Numbered from the stretch's first letter, positions 38,678 to 49,099 are shown. The stretch: DNA of 64,000 nucleotides from Candidatus Latescibacterota bacterium (GCA_965208125.1 OZ242320.1:3616001-3680000), one strand, 5' to 3'. Notes: generated by a model not told the origin, from the letters alone. Numbers and translations are program-made.

Positions 38678-41600
38678 ATGGCTCGGTGTTGTCTTTTCGT
38701 GCGAAGCGCCATATTCGTCCTCATTTTGGGGGTTTCAATCTCTGCTTTTGGGCAAGAATATTTTGGCAAAAACAAGGTCAATTACAGCCAGTATGTGTGG
38801 CATTATATCGACAGTGAACACTTCACGGTTTATTTTGACAAGGGTTCACTCGGGCTGGCCGAGTTTGTTGCCAAAGAAGCCGAAAGATCACTGGTACACA
38901 TTGAGAAAACGCTGAAATATACGATGAAGGATCGCTATCCCATTGTTATTTACAATTCTCACAATGGGTTTTCGGTATCGAATATTATCAGCGGGGAACA
39001 GTCTGAGTTTACGGGCGGATATACCGAGTTTGCACAGGGGCGCGTGGTGATTCCCTTTACGGGATCTTATGGGGATTTGCAGCACGTCATCCATCACGAA
39101 CTCGTTCACGCTGTTACAATTGAGTTGTGGACCGGTGGCGGCTGGTTGGGGTCTCTGGTTTCTCAAACATCGACGTTACCTCCGCTGTGGATTGCCGAGG
39201 GTATTGCCGAGTACGTATCTCGATATGGCTGGCATAAGGAGCACGATAATTTTATGCGCGATGCAACCATTACCGGATATGTGCCGACTATCGAAATGAT
39301 GTCCATGAGTTATTTTGCCTATCCCGGTGGCAATTCAGTTTTTTACATGATAGAACAGGAATACGGCAAGGACAAAGTGGCATCTTTTATTTCTTCTTTC
39401 CGCACGGCCAAAAATCCCGATAAAGCACTCAAAGCATCTCTGGGATTTGGGATGAAAGAATTGGAGGAAAAATATCAATTGTGGCTCAAGCGGCAATACT
39501 GGAATGAGATCAATTTGCGCCATACGCCCAAAGAGATGGCAACAAATTTGACAGAGCACGAAGATAGGCGTTCGGCGTATAATTTAGCTGCTGCGTTATC
39601 TCCACAAGGCGACAAGGTCGCGTATTTGACCGACCGAAATGGTACTTTTGATATTTATTTGATGTCGGCGATTGATGGCAAAGACCTGGGGCGTTTGGTC
39701 GAGGGACAGAAGTCGTCTGCTTTTGAGTCAATGTTTGTTTTACGGCCCGGATTTACCTGGTCACCGGATGGTCGGCATATTGCATTCGCTGCCAAATCGA
39801 ATAACAAAAATACCCTGTATATTCTCGAAGTTAAAAATAAACGAATTCGCAAGCGATTTAAGTTTGACCTCGATGGCTTGTTTGAACCCACCTGGTCACC
39901 CGATGGAGAAAAAATTGCCGTCGCGGGTATTAAAGATGGCTGGTCTGATATCTATGTGGTCGATGTGAACGACGAGTCGCTTACGCGGCTTACAAATGAT
40001 CCCTATGACGAGCGGCATCTGGATTGGTCGCCCGATGGCACATGGATCGCCATGAGTTCTGATCGTCCCGATACCCATTTGAAATTCAGCGGTGGGAAGG
40101 ATTTTGCTTTCGGTCAATACGATATTTTTTTAATGCGTACAGATGGCTCTGAAATGCGCCGGATTGTCGCGTCTGAAGACGCCGAAGATTCACATCCCGT
40201 GTGGGGTGCCGATAGCAAACACATTGCCTTTGTTTCTGACCGTACGGGTGTGGGCAATATTTATATTGCAAATGTTGACAGTACTCAGGAGATATATCCC
40301 ATTACCAATTTATTGTCGGGGGCGCAATATCTCGATTGGTCAGCCGATGGCAAAAAGATCGTGTTCAATGCTTTTCACAAGGGTGCCCTGGATATATTTG
40401 TGATGCGCGACCCATTCGCGCAGCGAAAAGAAATGGCGGATTTGCCGCGTACTCGATTTGTCAAGCGCCTCGCCGGTGAAGATGAAAAGATGTTTGTTGA
40501 GTTACAAAAAGAAAAGTATGCAAGCCGCAAGATTGCCAAAGTAGAAGTCGATAGCACCGCGATCGATTCGACAGCAAAAAAAACAGAGAAGAAAGTGGCG
40601 CAGTGGATCTCCGATCAGGAAGCACTTGCAGCGGCAGAGAGCGCGCCTACAGATAGTACGGCTGAGATCGATACCACGCATCCGGTCGCAGGTAGTCCAG
40701 AAATGGCCGATACTGGCAAACAAGGGGTAAAAAATTGGGGTGAAAAGGAATTTCAGGTTAAGAAGTACAAGCTGAAATTCAAGCCTGAACTGTTTGGTGC
40801 ACAGGCGGGATTTGATACGTTCTACGGCGTGAGTAGCTCTATCGTATTGTCCATGAGTGATGTGATGGGTGATCACCGCGCCACATTGGTGACGAGTTTA
40901 AATTTTTCACTCAAAGACAGCGACTTTCTGCTTGCGTATGCCTATTTGAAGAATCGTACAAATTACGGTGCGCAGCTTTTTCACACGCGGTTCTTCTTCT
41001 TTGATAATACAGGTCGTCTAACTGCGGATCGATATTACGGGCTTGCCGGAATGCTCGAGCGACCATTTAATCGGTTTGCCCGTTTAGAACTCAGTACGCG
41101 TTTTGTATCTGTTGATCGCGAAGAGGTTTTTACTGATATCAACAATTATTTGTATCAGCCGGGCTTTCGCGGCGTTGGGCGGTTTTCGAGCCAATTGATC
41201 GACCGTCGTCGGGCGGCTATCGGCGAAGTGGCTCTGGTGGGCGATAGCGCGCTGTACAGTTTGTTTGGCGCGGTAGATGGGCATCGCTATCGGTTGAATT
41301 TTGAAGGTTCTGGTGTGGGCATGAAATTTGCCACATTTGCGCTGGATTATCGCAAATATATGCGGTTATTAAACGAATACACCTTTGCCATCCGAATGTC
41401 GGGCGGGACGAGTTATGGCCCCAACAGCACCGTATTTTTCTTAGGCGGTGTGAACAATCCGGTCAATCCAACATTTTCCACCATTGCCAGTGTTGACCAG
41501 AGTCGCGTGTTTTTCTCTTCTTACGTCTGGCCCCTGCGCGGCGCGAGATTGCTCGAAATGGCGGGTGATTCTTATGTGCTGGCCAATGTCTCATTTCGGT

Positions 41601-41944
41601 TCCCACTCATTCGGCAATTGGCCATGGGCTGGCCCCTGCCGTTTTTCTTCCAGAATGTACAGGGCGAGTTGTTCTTCGACATCGGGGGGGCATTTAACCG
41701 CGCCGATTGGAGAGATGGATGGGTGTCCCGAGATGGGGGTTTTGAACTCAATGTACCGCAGCATTTTCGCAGCGGATCGAGACATGGACTACCAAAGCCC
41801 CAAATGGCTGCCGGGTACGGGTTTGGCGTGCGGGTAAATTTGGGCTATTTCCTGTTCCGATACGATTTGGCCTGGCCTACAGATCTCGCGCAAACATATC
41901 ATCCATACCAGTATTTTTCAATTGATTTCACGGGTTTGTTCTAA
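38678..41944 (+). CDS. Outer-membrane protein: zincin metallopeptidase + TolB/PD40 propeller + BamA-like barrel
   Basis: Signal peptide, FGKNKV, HELVH...WIAEGIAEY, repeated WSPDG, C-terminal GYGFGVRVNLGYFLFRYDLAWP...F. Confidence 0.8.
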   Translation: MARCCLFVRSAIFVLILGVSISAFGQEYFGKNKVNYSQYVWHYIDSEHFTVYFDKGSLGLAEFVAKEAERSLVHIEKTLKYTMKDRYPIVIYNSHNGFSVSNIISGEQSEFTGGYTEFAQGRVVIPFTGSYGDLQHVIHHELVHAVTIELWTGGGWLGSLVSQTSTLPPLWIAEGIAEYVSRYGWHKEHDNFMRDATITGYVPTIEMMSMSYFAYPGGNSVFYMIEQEYGKDKVASFISSFRTAKNPDKALKASLGFGMKELEEKYQLWLKRQYWNEINLRHTPKEMATNLTEHEDRRSAYNLAAALSPQGDKVAYLTDRNGTFDIYLMSAIDGKDLGRLVEGQKSSAFESMFVLRPGFTWSPDGRHIAFAAKSNNKNTLYILEVKNKRIRKRFKFDLDGLFEPTWSPDGEKIAVAGIKDGWSDIYVVDVNDESLTRLTNDPYDERHLDWSPDGTWIAMSSDRPDTHLKFSGGKDFAFGQYDIFLMRTDGSEMRRIVASEDAEDSHPVWGADSKHIAFVSDRTGVGNIYIANVDSTQEIYPITNLLSGAQYLDWSADGKKIVFNAFHKGALDIFVMRDPFAQRKEMADLPRTRFVKRLAGEDEKMFVELQKEKYASRKIAKVEVDSTAIDSTAKKTEKKVAQWISDQEALAAAESAPTDSTAEIDTTHPVAGSPEMADTGKQGVKNWGEKEFQVKKYKLKFKPELFGAQAGFDTFYGVSSSIVLSMSDVMGDHRATLVTSLNFSLKDSDFLLAYAYLKNRTNYGAQLFHTRFFFFDNTGRLTADRYYGLAGMLERPFNRFARLELSTRFVSVDREEVFTDINNYLYQPGFRGVGRFSSQLIDRRRAAIGEVALVGDSALYSLFGAVDGHRYRLNFEGSGVGMKFATFALDYRKYMRLLNEYTFAIRMSGGTSYGPNSTVFFLGGVNNPVNPTFSTIASVDQSRVFFSSYVWPLRGARLLEMAGDSYVLANVSFRFPLIRQLAMGWPLPFFFQNVQGELFFDIGGAFNRADWRDGWVSRDGGFELNVPQHFRSGSRHGLPKPQMAAGYGFGVRVNLGYFLFRYDLAWPTDLAQTYHPYQYFSIDFTGLF

Positions 41945-41970
41945 TCAACAAAATCAACCGCTGCATTTTG

Positions 41971-42000
41971 GGAGAGGCGTTTTACGTCTCTCCTTTTTTT
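41971..42000 (+). terminator. Rho-independent terminator
   Basis: ggagaggcgt-ttt-acgtctctcc followed by T7. Confidence 0.85.
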
Positions 42001-42082
42001 GTCAGGTTGATGAAAGGTGATTTTTTGTGTATTATTGAAGGGCAAGACGCACGTTAAACCACAAATAAAATGAGGTCCTTAC

Positions 42083-42397
42083 ATGGCAACCAAAGAGTAT
42101 TATATGGCGGGGTTGAGTAAGTTGGGAACTGGAGACCTGGAAGGCGCAATTGTCGAATTTGAGAAGGCTGTTGCAGACGATGCCTCGTTTTACATGGCGC
42201 ATCTGGGATGGGCGCAGGCACTGGATCGGCAGGGGAAGATTGACAAGGCGATTGAACAGGTCAATCTCGCTTTGCAAATTGTTCCCGATGAGGCACTGGC
42301 CCATACGAGTCTGTCGCGTTTGTATCAGCAGAAAGGGATGATTGACGAGGCCGAGGAGGAAATGGCTATTTCTCACAAACTCTCTCAAAATATTTGA
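42083..42397 (+). CDS. Small TPR protein
   Basis: About three TPR-like helical repeats (AHLGWAQAL..QG, AHTSLSRLYQQKG). Confidence 0.82.
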   Translation: MATKEYYMAGLSKLGTGDLEGAIVEFEKAVADDASFYMAHLGWAQALDRQGKIDKAIEQVNLALQIVPDEALAHTSLSRLYQQKGMIDEAEEEMAISHKLSQNI

Positions 42398-44424
42398 AAA
42401 TGGCTCGTGTACTGAAAATGAGGACGTCCTGTTTGGGCGTCCTCTCTGTTTTTGTGTTAATGGCGTGTGTAACAGCAAATGCAGATTCAGTTGATTCGTT
42501 GCTGGCACGCGCGCAAAGCGATACGTTGAAACCGCTTGATTATCGCATTGATTTGCTTCGAAAAGCACTCAGTGTGGATGGTGATCGCGCAGATGTCTGT
42601 GCGGCATTGGGCGCGTTGTTTATGCAAAAGAACACGCCTGCGAGCAGGCTGCGTGCAGACCGCTATATTTATCGCGCAATTGTATTGGATCCTGAGAATA
42701 TAGACTATCATCTGTCTTACGCGACTCTGCAGCGCAAGAAGGGTTTTCGGTACAATGCCAGGCGATATTTTGAAAAGGTGCTCAGCATAGATTCAACGCA
42801 GGTTGAAGCAGCCTGTGAAGTGGGCGATTATTATTTGCAGGATATGTTGAAATACGTCGATGCGCGACGTTTTGACGGAGGTGGAAGTATGCGGTCTTTT
42901 GCAATGGAGAGTGTGCAAACGGCCGCGAATTATTACCACTACGCACTTGCACATGATCCCTATTGCAGGCGCGCGTATCACGGGTTGGGTATGCTGAGTA
43001 TAGAGGGTGGGTATAACGAGGATTTGATTGTTATTGCACGGGCACTTTTAGACCGATGGCCACAGGATCGGGACGGTCTTTTGTTTTTGGGATTGGGGTA
43101 TTATGCAGCCGAAAATTTTGAGGCAGCGGGCAAAGCATTTGATCGCGCGTACGCACAGATGGATTCGGTTGGGCAGGCGGCAATGACTTCAATAGAATTG
43201 TTGGGTGGTGGGGATGAGGCACACGCGCTTTTTTGGCAAAAGCGCGATCCTTTGTTTCTCACGCCTGTGAACGAAAGAAAGCTGGCACATCGCGGGCGGG
43301 TTGCTTATGCAAATTTGAGATTTGGTCTGCCCGATGAGGGGATTGCGGGTTGGGAAACGGATATGGGCAAGGTCTGGATCCGCTATGGTCGCTATGTCAA
43401 TCGCGTGAGAACGCTTATTCCGCATCGGGAGATCTGGACATACGAAGATTTTTCAATGGACTTTTTTTCTTATGATTCTGTGCATTGGAAATTGGAATCA
43501 ATGAAGGATGAGCGATGGGCACTCGTTCCAGGCGGGTGGGGCAGAAGTCAGATTCTGTCGTCCAATTTTTATTTGCCTGAGCGCTATGTCGATCCATATC
43601 GAGATCAAAAATACGGATTGCCCGTGCAGGTGGGATTTTTTAAGGCTGAGGAAGGACAGATCAAAGTGGCACTATCGTGGGGTATTCCCAAGCGTCAGTT
43701 GCAGTATCTCAAGCTCTATGAGACCTATCAAGTCGATTTAGATGCCGGTATTTTTGTACACAGAAGCAATGGGCAAGAGGTAACAAGTGCCAGATGGCAA
43801 CCAGAGGTATTGCGGGATGTTTGGACCGATTCATTAAAGGCGCAGTATTTATTGGGTCAACGCGATCTGGTTTTGGCAGCAGATCAACAAGACGCCGATT
43901 CACTTGCGTTGTCTTTAGAAATTAGAGATGTGGGAAAGAAAACAGTGGGCATGTTCCGCGATACCGTTTTTGTACAGGCATTTCCCGATGATGTGATTTC
44001 TATGAGTTCTGTATTGCTGGCTTCACACGTAGGGGAGAGCAAAGAGGGAATTGAAGTGACACCCAATCCGTTGAGAACTTTTGACGCGGACGAGTTGTTG
44101 TATATCTATTTTGAGATCTACAATCCGGTACGCGATGAGTTTGGGCAGACTGATTTCTCTGTGACGTACAGAGTCGGACCACCAGATTTGCGGCGTTTTT
44201 CCGATAAGCGAGATCGAAAGGCGATTGCGCAATTGGGTATAAGTGATGACAGGTGGCGTATTTCCGTTAGTACAGATTATCGAGGCGGGGATATGCTGGA
44301 GCCGATTTATTTATCTATTGATTTAAATGAACTGGGATCTGGCGTGCATCTGCTATCCATAGTCGTCACTGACCGTCAGACGGGGTTACAGGCCTGGCGA
44401 GAAATCCTGTTTCGCATTTTGTGA
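42394..44424 (+). CDS. TPR + GWxTD domain-containing protein
   Basis: Signal peptide, TPR repeats, FWQKRDP...NE, GWETDMGKVWIRYG. Exact start uncertain. Confidence 0.85.
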   Translation: MKMARVLKMRTSCLGVLSVFVLMACVTANADSVDSLLARAQSDTLKPLDYRIDLLRKALSVDGDRADVCAALGALFMQKNTPASRLRADRYIYRAIVLDPENIDYHLSYATLQRKKGFRYNARRYFEKVLSIDSTQVEAACEVGDYYLQDMLKYVDARRFDGGGSMRSFAMESVQTAANYYHYALAHDPYCRRAYHGLGMLSIEGGYNEDLIVIARALLDRWPQDRDGLLFLGLGYYAAENFEAAGKAFDRAYAQMDSVGQAAMTSIELLGGGDEAHALFWQKRDPLFLTPVNERKLAHRGRVAYANLRFGLPDEGIAGWETDMGKVWIRYGRYVNRVRTLIPHREIWTYEDFSMDFFSYDSVHWKLESMKDERWALVPGGWGRSQILSSNFYLPERYVDPYRDQKYGLPVQVGFFKAEEGQIKVALSWGIPKRQLQYLKLYETYQVDLDAGIFVHRSNGQEVTSARWQPEVLRDVWTDSLKAQYLLGQRDLVLAADQQDADSLALSLEIRDVGKKTVGMFRDTVFVQAFPDDVISMSSVLLASHVGESKEGIEVTPNPLRTFDADELLYIYFEIYNPVRDEFGQTDFSVTYRVGPPDLRRFSDKRDRKAIAQLGISDDRWRISVSTDYRGGDMLEPIYLSIDLNELGSGVHLLSIVVTDRQTGLQAWREILFRIL

Positions 44425-44434
44425 CGTCAGGAAT

Positions 44435-45421
44435 TTATTTTTTTTTGTGCCAGAGGAGGCTAATCAATGGCGGACCGCCAAATAAAATAAAGCCGAAGAT
44501 CGCGACCGCGTGTACAGACGTGGCAAATGCCACTGCTATTTCTGTCGGCACATGGTAGAAGTGGTGGAGAGTTTCAGCGCAAAAGAAATGATAGGTGCCT
44601 ATACCCCCCGGAGCGGGAAGGACAAATCCGATCGTGGCGATGGTCATCACAACCATAGCTTCAAACAAGCCGAGGTTGTACTTATGTGATAGGTCAAAAC
44701 TATAGAAGGGCAAGTACATAGCGAACAGATAAAGGCTGTTGAGAATCAGGGTTGACACCAATATCCCCGCGTAGCCTTCCACAGTGTGAATAGCTCTCAT
44801 TCCCTGTAAAAAAGAACGCAAAATGTGGGTTGCACCATCGGCCAGCCGGGGAGAGAGGCGTGCCAGCAGGCGGTGGAAAATGGACAGGCCGCGTTCTTCG
44901 CGGGCGGAGAGCAGTCCTAAAAATACGAAAGCAAACAGAATGAGGGGCAATGTCAGTAAGGCGACTGGTTCAAGCCAGGGAAATGCCGCGCCGATCTGCT
45001 CTCTGGCAAAAAACAAAACCACGCCAAAGATGATCAAGAGGGTGAGTACATCGAGCAAGCGTTCTACAATCACTGTCGCCAGGATTGCACCGATGCCGGT
45101 AGGGTGATCCCTTTCGAGGGCAAGGGCACGCGCAACTTCGCCAGCGCGTGGGAATACGACATTGCCCGCATAGGCGACCATGACAGCCCAAAATGCCGAG
45201 CGAATGGAAATATTTGAGGCAACGGGCAATAGCAAAATGCGCCAACGCCAGGCTCGGGGCAAACCCGAAAGGATTATTGCGATGGCCGATAAGAGCAACC
45301 ACAGGGGATTGGCTGTTTGGAGGGCCTCCACAAGGAGCGTTCCATCGACATCTCTAAACGCTGCCCAGAGAAAGGTCCCCATTAGCACGAGACTGGCTGC
45401 GAGTTTGAGAAAGTTTTTCAT
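44435..45421 (-). CDS. Lysylphosphatidylglycerol synthase TM / flippase-like (UPF0104) protein
   Basis: RAWRW, PRAGEVAR, ERLLD, PGGIG. Confidence 0.88.
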   Translation of the reverse strand: MKNFLKLAASLVLMGTFLWAAFRDVDGTLLVEALQTANPLWLLLSAIAIILSGLPRAWRWRILLLPVASNISIRSAFWAVMVAYAGNVVFPRAGEVARALALERDHPTGIGAILATVIVERLLDVLTLLIIFGVVLFFAREQIGAAFPWLEPVALLTLPLILFAFVFLGLLSAREERGLSIFHRLLARLSPRLADGATHILRSFLQGMRAIHTVEGYAGILVSTLILNSLYLFAMYLPFYSFDLSHKYNLGLFEAMVVMTIATIGFVLPAPGGIGTYHFFCAETLHHFYHVPTEIAVAFATSVHAVAIFGFILFGGPPLISLLWHKKK

Positions 45422-46308
45422 GATAGGCCATATCCCAGACTGCGGAGGGCGGTGTCTTTTTTGCGCCAGTTCTCATAGACTTTGACGTGCAGGTCGAGGT
45501 AAATTGGACGTTCCAAAAAGGCCTCGATTTTTTTTCGTGCCTGATGTCCAATGGTTTTGAGGGTCTTACCCTTCCGTCCGATGACAATGCCTTTTTGTGA
45601 ATTGCGTTCGACAATAATATTGGCTTGAATATAGACTTTGGGGCGGTTTTCTTCAAAAGCCTCAATGCTGATTGCCGTTGCATAAGGTAATTCTTGACGC
45701 AGGTGGTGAAACACTTCTTCGCGAATGAGTTCCGCAACAAAAAATCTTTCGGGCTGTTCGGTGAGTATATCCTCCGGGTAGTATTGTGGTCCTTCTGGCA
45801 GTGCATGGCGCAGAGTTGTATGAAGCTCTTGCAGGCCCTGTCCAGTGATGGCCGACACAGATAAGACGGTCTGCGTCGCGAGTGAGGTGCGAATCTGTTG
45901 CTCGCAGCGTTGTGCTCGCGCGCGCGAGATGAGGTCGGTCTTGTTTACGGCAATGATTTTTGGAATATTCCATTGTCCAAAGGTTTGTCGCACTTCGGCG
46001 TCATAGGAAGTGTCAAATTCTGAACCATCAACGATGCCCAAAAGCACATCGGCACTTTGATATGCACGCCCAATTTGCCGGTTCATAAATTCGTGAAGGC
46101 GATAGCGCGCAGACAAGATACCGGGGGTGTCGAGAAATATCATTTGAGTCTGTTTATCTGTGACAATCCCCAGGATATTATTGCGAGTTGTTTGGGGTTT
46201 GGGCGAAATAATGGATAGACGCTCCCCTACGAGTGCATTAAAAAGCGTGGATTTGCCAACATTGGTGCGTCCGGCGATTATGATATATCCAGATTTGAAA
46301 GTCATCAC
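45418..46308 (-). CDS. era: GTPase Era
   Basis: GRTNVGKST, QTTR, DTPG, NKTD, and KH domain IVIGRKG. Confidence 0.96.
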   Translation of the reverse strand: MMTFKSGYIIIAGRTNVGKSTLFNALVGERLSIISPKPQTTRNNILGIVTDKQTQMIFLDTPGILSARYRLHEFMNRQIGRAYQSADVLLGIVDGSEFDTSYDAEVRQTFGQWNIPKIIAVNKTDLISRARAQRCEQQIRTSLATQTVLSVSAITGQGLQELHTTLRHALPEGPQYYPEDILTEQPERFFVAELIREEVFHHLRQELPYATAISIEAFEENRPKVYIQANIIVERNSQKGIVIGRKGKTLKTIGHQARKKIEAFLERPIYLDLHVKVYENWRKKDTALRSLGYGLS

Positions 46309-46315
46309 TCTCCAA

Positions 46316-47287
46316 TCAAAAAAATAAACTGGCCGAAATGCGGTACGTATTGTCGAGTTGGTCGTGTTCCATGAAGGCGAAGTCTACGCCAATCCGACGA
46401 AGTTGCAAGCCAGTGCCTGCTGTAAAGTGCCCGTCTTTGTATCCGAGGCGAAATGCAAGGCGGCGTTGCAAGCGGTATTCTATACCGAGTTGTATGCTGC
46501 GTGTTTTTTCCAGTGTTGATTTTTTATCATTCAGGTGTGTGCTAAAACCGACTTTCATATCGCCGCCGGGCACCCTGTGGTGGAGGGCGGAGCCAATGAG
46601 AAGAGATGGGGAAATACGATCTACAATGCCGTCGGGAAATGCAATGCGCGTTTTTGTGAGATCGCGTATTGTCGCGCCAATGCGAAACATCGATGTGGGC
46701 AGATAGAGCAGACCGATGTCCAGGCCAAAGCCACTTCCGATGCCCACGCTGAGATCGCGTCTGATCATTTTTATACCTGCCCCAAGACGCAATTTATCTG
46801 TGATATGTCGGCCATAAGCAATTCGAAAGACGTAATCTGCCGTGCCGCTTTTATCGATTATTACGGGGCGATTGTCTGGACCAATTGGACGGTCAGAATC
46901 TTCCAGGCCCGTCAGAGCAATCCCATCAACGCCAGCGCGAACAATGCCCAGACCAATGCCGCCTTTTCTTATGGGCAAGCGCAATGCAAAAATATCTTGA
47001 TTCACACTGCCGCCAAATTGCTCTGCATGTTGTAAGTGAATTTCACGTTTTGGCAGCGATGAACTGCTGTCCAGTCCAGGGTTGTACACCTCTGGAGCAA
47101 GTCCTGCGGGATTCCAATAGATCGCCGTTGCATCAAAACTGATCGCGACATAAGCACTGCCCATGCCCAGGGCGCGGGCACCGGCACCCAATAAGAGTGG
47201 ATCCCCTGCATAATGGGATGTCTGCGCATGGGTTGGGCTTGTAAGCGCGCACGCGCAATACAATGCCAGGGTCGCAAGGCGTTTCAA
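46316..47287 (-). CDS. PorV/PorQ-like (FadL-type) outer-membrane barrel
   Basis: GARALGMGSAY...DATAIYWNPAGL; C-terminal F. Confidence 0.82.
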   Translation of the reverse strand: MKRLATLALYCACALTSPTHAQTSHYAGDPLLLGAGARALGMGSAYVAISFDATAIYWNPAGLAPEVYNPGLDSSSSLPKREIHLQHAEQFGGSVNQDIFALRLPIRKGGIGLGIVRAGVDGIALTGLEDSDRPIGPDNRPVIIDKSGTADYVFRIAYGRHITDKLRLGAGIKMIRRDLSVGIGSGFGLDIGLLYLPTSMFRIGATIRDLTKTRIAFPDGIVDRISPSLLIGSALHHRVPGGDMKVGFSTHLNDKKSTLEKTRSIQLGIEYRLQRRLAFRLGYKDGHFTAGTGLQLRRIGVDFAFMEHDQLDNTYRISASLFF

Positions 47288-47790
47288 TGATTGGCCTCTG
47301 CATGGGGGATGAAGATGGCGATATTGCCGGGGTGCAATGCCGACCCCAGGGCTTTGATGTCGAGAGGAGATAAAGTGAGGTACGGGGCAGCACCTGCTAA
47401 AATTCCGTCCGCTCGAATGACGAGATTTGGCGTAAAGTAGAGGCGGGAACGGTGGCGAGGCCCTTCTATCAGGCGCCCGGAGAAGTCGAGGGGAAAAAGC
47501 CGCCCGCGAAGTCGCAGATTTGCATTGCCGGGTTCAACAGAGATGGGATCAATTCTGTTTATAAAGTGGTAGTTCTGAGTGAGGCGTGTTTCTATGGGCG
47601 ACAAGTTGAGAATAGGGCATGTTCTCAGCACGTTGCCCTGTAATTTGAGGTGAATTTGTTTGGACGAAAGGTCTATAATAAGGTAGAAATCGCCCGGTGA
47701 TGTTTTGACTTGATCAAGTTCGCGAACAAGGGCTTCGCGGTAGTTTTGGAGAACGATTTGGTCCTGACCAAATACAGGTATTTCCACCAT
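47284..47790 (-). CDS. Degenerate L,D-transpeptidase-like protein lacking catalytic His/Cys
   Basis: Aligns by eye with the neighbouring LDT (YLIIDLS..QIHL; C-terminal LTLSPLDIKALGSALHPG). Start uncertain. Confidence 0.6.
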   Translation of the reverse strand: MVEIPVFGQDQIVLQNYREALVRELDQVKTSPGDFYLIIDLSSKQIHLKLQGNVLRTCPILNLSPIETRLTQNYHFINRIDPISVEPGNANLRLRGRLFPLDFSGRLIEGPRHRSRLYFTPNLVIRADGILAGAAPYLTLSPLDIKALGSALHPGNIAIFIPHAEANH

Positions 47791-47801
47791 AAGGAAACAA
47801 A

Positions 47802-48386
47802 TTAGTAGATATAGACCCGGTCGCCAACTTGAAGTGAGCGATACACAAAAGCCAGGTCTTCGTCGTTGAGGCGAATACATCCGTGCGTGATATGCCGTCC
47901 GAGCAATGTGGGATAAAGGGTGCCGTGAATTTCGTACCCATCGCCCAATTTAAGAGCGTAAGCACCGAGGGTTGTCTGATCGAGACGCCGAAATTCCCAG
48001 GGCAATACAGTGGGTTCTTCACCATTTTCGATAAAGGCCCACAGGGGCTTGGCCCAGATGGGGTCTGTCACTTTGTGCAAAATAGTTCTGACACCCAATG
48101 GGGTGTAAAATTGCCAGCGTGCCGAAGCACCCGGATGAAGCAGTACTTTGCCGCTGCCTGTCGCACACGCAGCTTCTCGTATTATCTGGTTATTGTACCA
48201 AACTTGAAGACGGTTATGTACGGTATCAATAACGATGTAGGTTTCTGCTGAGTGTCGTTTTAACGCTTCCTGCAGTGATGCGATGTCAGCTTTGAGTTGT
48301 TCGATCTCTGTTTCTCGCGCGGGTATATGCAGGGAAAAACAGAAGAACAAATAGAGAGCGAGCAATATGGTGTAAAAGCTGTGCAT
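47802..48386 (-). CDS. L,D-transpeptidase (YkuD family)
   Basis: YIVID, TPLG, IHGT...THGCIRL; signal peptide. Confidence 0.92.
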   Translation of the reverse strand: MHSFYTILLALYLFFCFSLHIPARETEIEQLKADIASLQEALKRHSAETYIVIDTVHNRLQVWYNNQIIREAACATGSGKVLLHPGASARWQFYTPLGVRTILHKVTDPIWAKPLWAFIENGEEPTVLPWEFRRLDQTTLGAYALKLGDGYEIHGTLYPTLLGRHITHGCIRLNDEDLAFVYRSLQVGDRVYIY

Positions 48387-48404
48387 GTATGGCTCAGAAA
48401 TTGT

Positions 48405-48437
48405 AAAACCGAGGTGCTTTTTGCGCGCCTCGGTTTT
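48405..48437 (-). terminator. Intra-operon terminator or attenuator after lipoprotein gene
   Basis: aaaaccgaggtgc / gcgcctcggtttt hairpin. Confidence 0.65.
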
Positions 48438-48472
48438 TGTCTTTATCTAAGAAGATATTTAGATGGTGTTAC

Positions 48473-49099
48473 CTACAGGCGGAAGTACCAGGGTTTATGT
48501 CGCTCTTTCCAATCTTCGATTTTCTGGAGCGCGACCGAAACAGCTCCCTGAACCTCAGCAAGTTTGTTTTCTGCATCCTGAGCTTGAGCAAGAGCATCTC
48601 TGTATTGCCCGTTGTCGAGGCTGCTGCGTGCATCGCTTATACTGGTCTCGGCCTGATTCAGATCGGCGTTGAGTTGATCGAGATCATCGTCTGCGCCTTT
48701 TCCCCGAGGTGCTTCGCCCAAACCGACTCTGGTATCTGAAATACCGGGCATTACGCGTTCGATAATTGCCTGGGTATCGGCCTCCAGTTGCCTATTGGTA
48801 TCAGCTTCTGATTTGGCGCTATTGGCTAACTCTAGAGCTTCTACATAAAGAGGCTCGGCCTCGTCAAATTTATTAAAAAAGAAGAACTTTTTTTCTTCAA
48901 ACTTCTTGGCGGCACTGTCTATGGCAGCAGTTGCTATGCGATATGCTTCGGGCGCATAAGCCTCGGCCTGAGCCGCTTGGGCTGCGGCATAAGCGGCCTC
49001 AGTATCTGCTTTCAATTTTACCAATTGTTCGGAAGGCCCACAACCCGTTATGGCAAGTGCCATAACCAGAACAGTGCAAAGGCTTAAAATGGATCGCAT
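48473..49099 (-). CDS. Alanine-rich coiled-coil lipoprotein (DUF4398-like)
   Basis: Lipobox ITGC, AEAYAPEAY, helical Ala-rich body. AGGAG RBS. Confidence 0.75.
   Translation of the reverse strand: MRSILSLCTVLVMALAITGCGPSEQLVKLKADTEAAYAAAQAAQAEAYAPEAYRIATAAIDSAAKKFEEKKFFFFNKFDEAEPLYVEALELANSAKSEADTNRQLEADTQAIIERVMPGISDTRVGLGEAPRGKGADDDLDQLNADLNQAETSISDARSSLDNGQYRDALAQAQDAENKLAEVQGAVSVALQKIEDWKERHKPWYFRL

Noticed and set aside
46316-47287. Type IX secretion system locus
   Set aside because: Only a lone PorV-like barrel is present; there are no PorK/L/M/N or SprA genes in the window.
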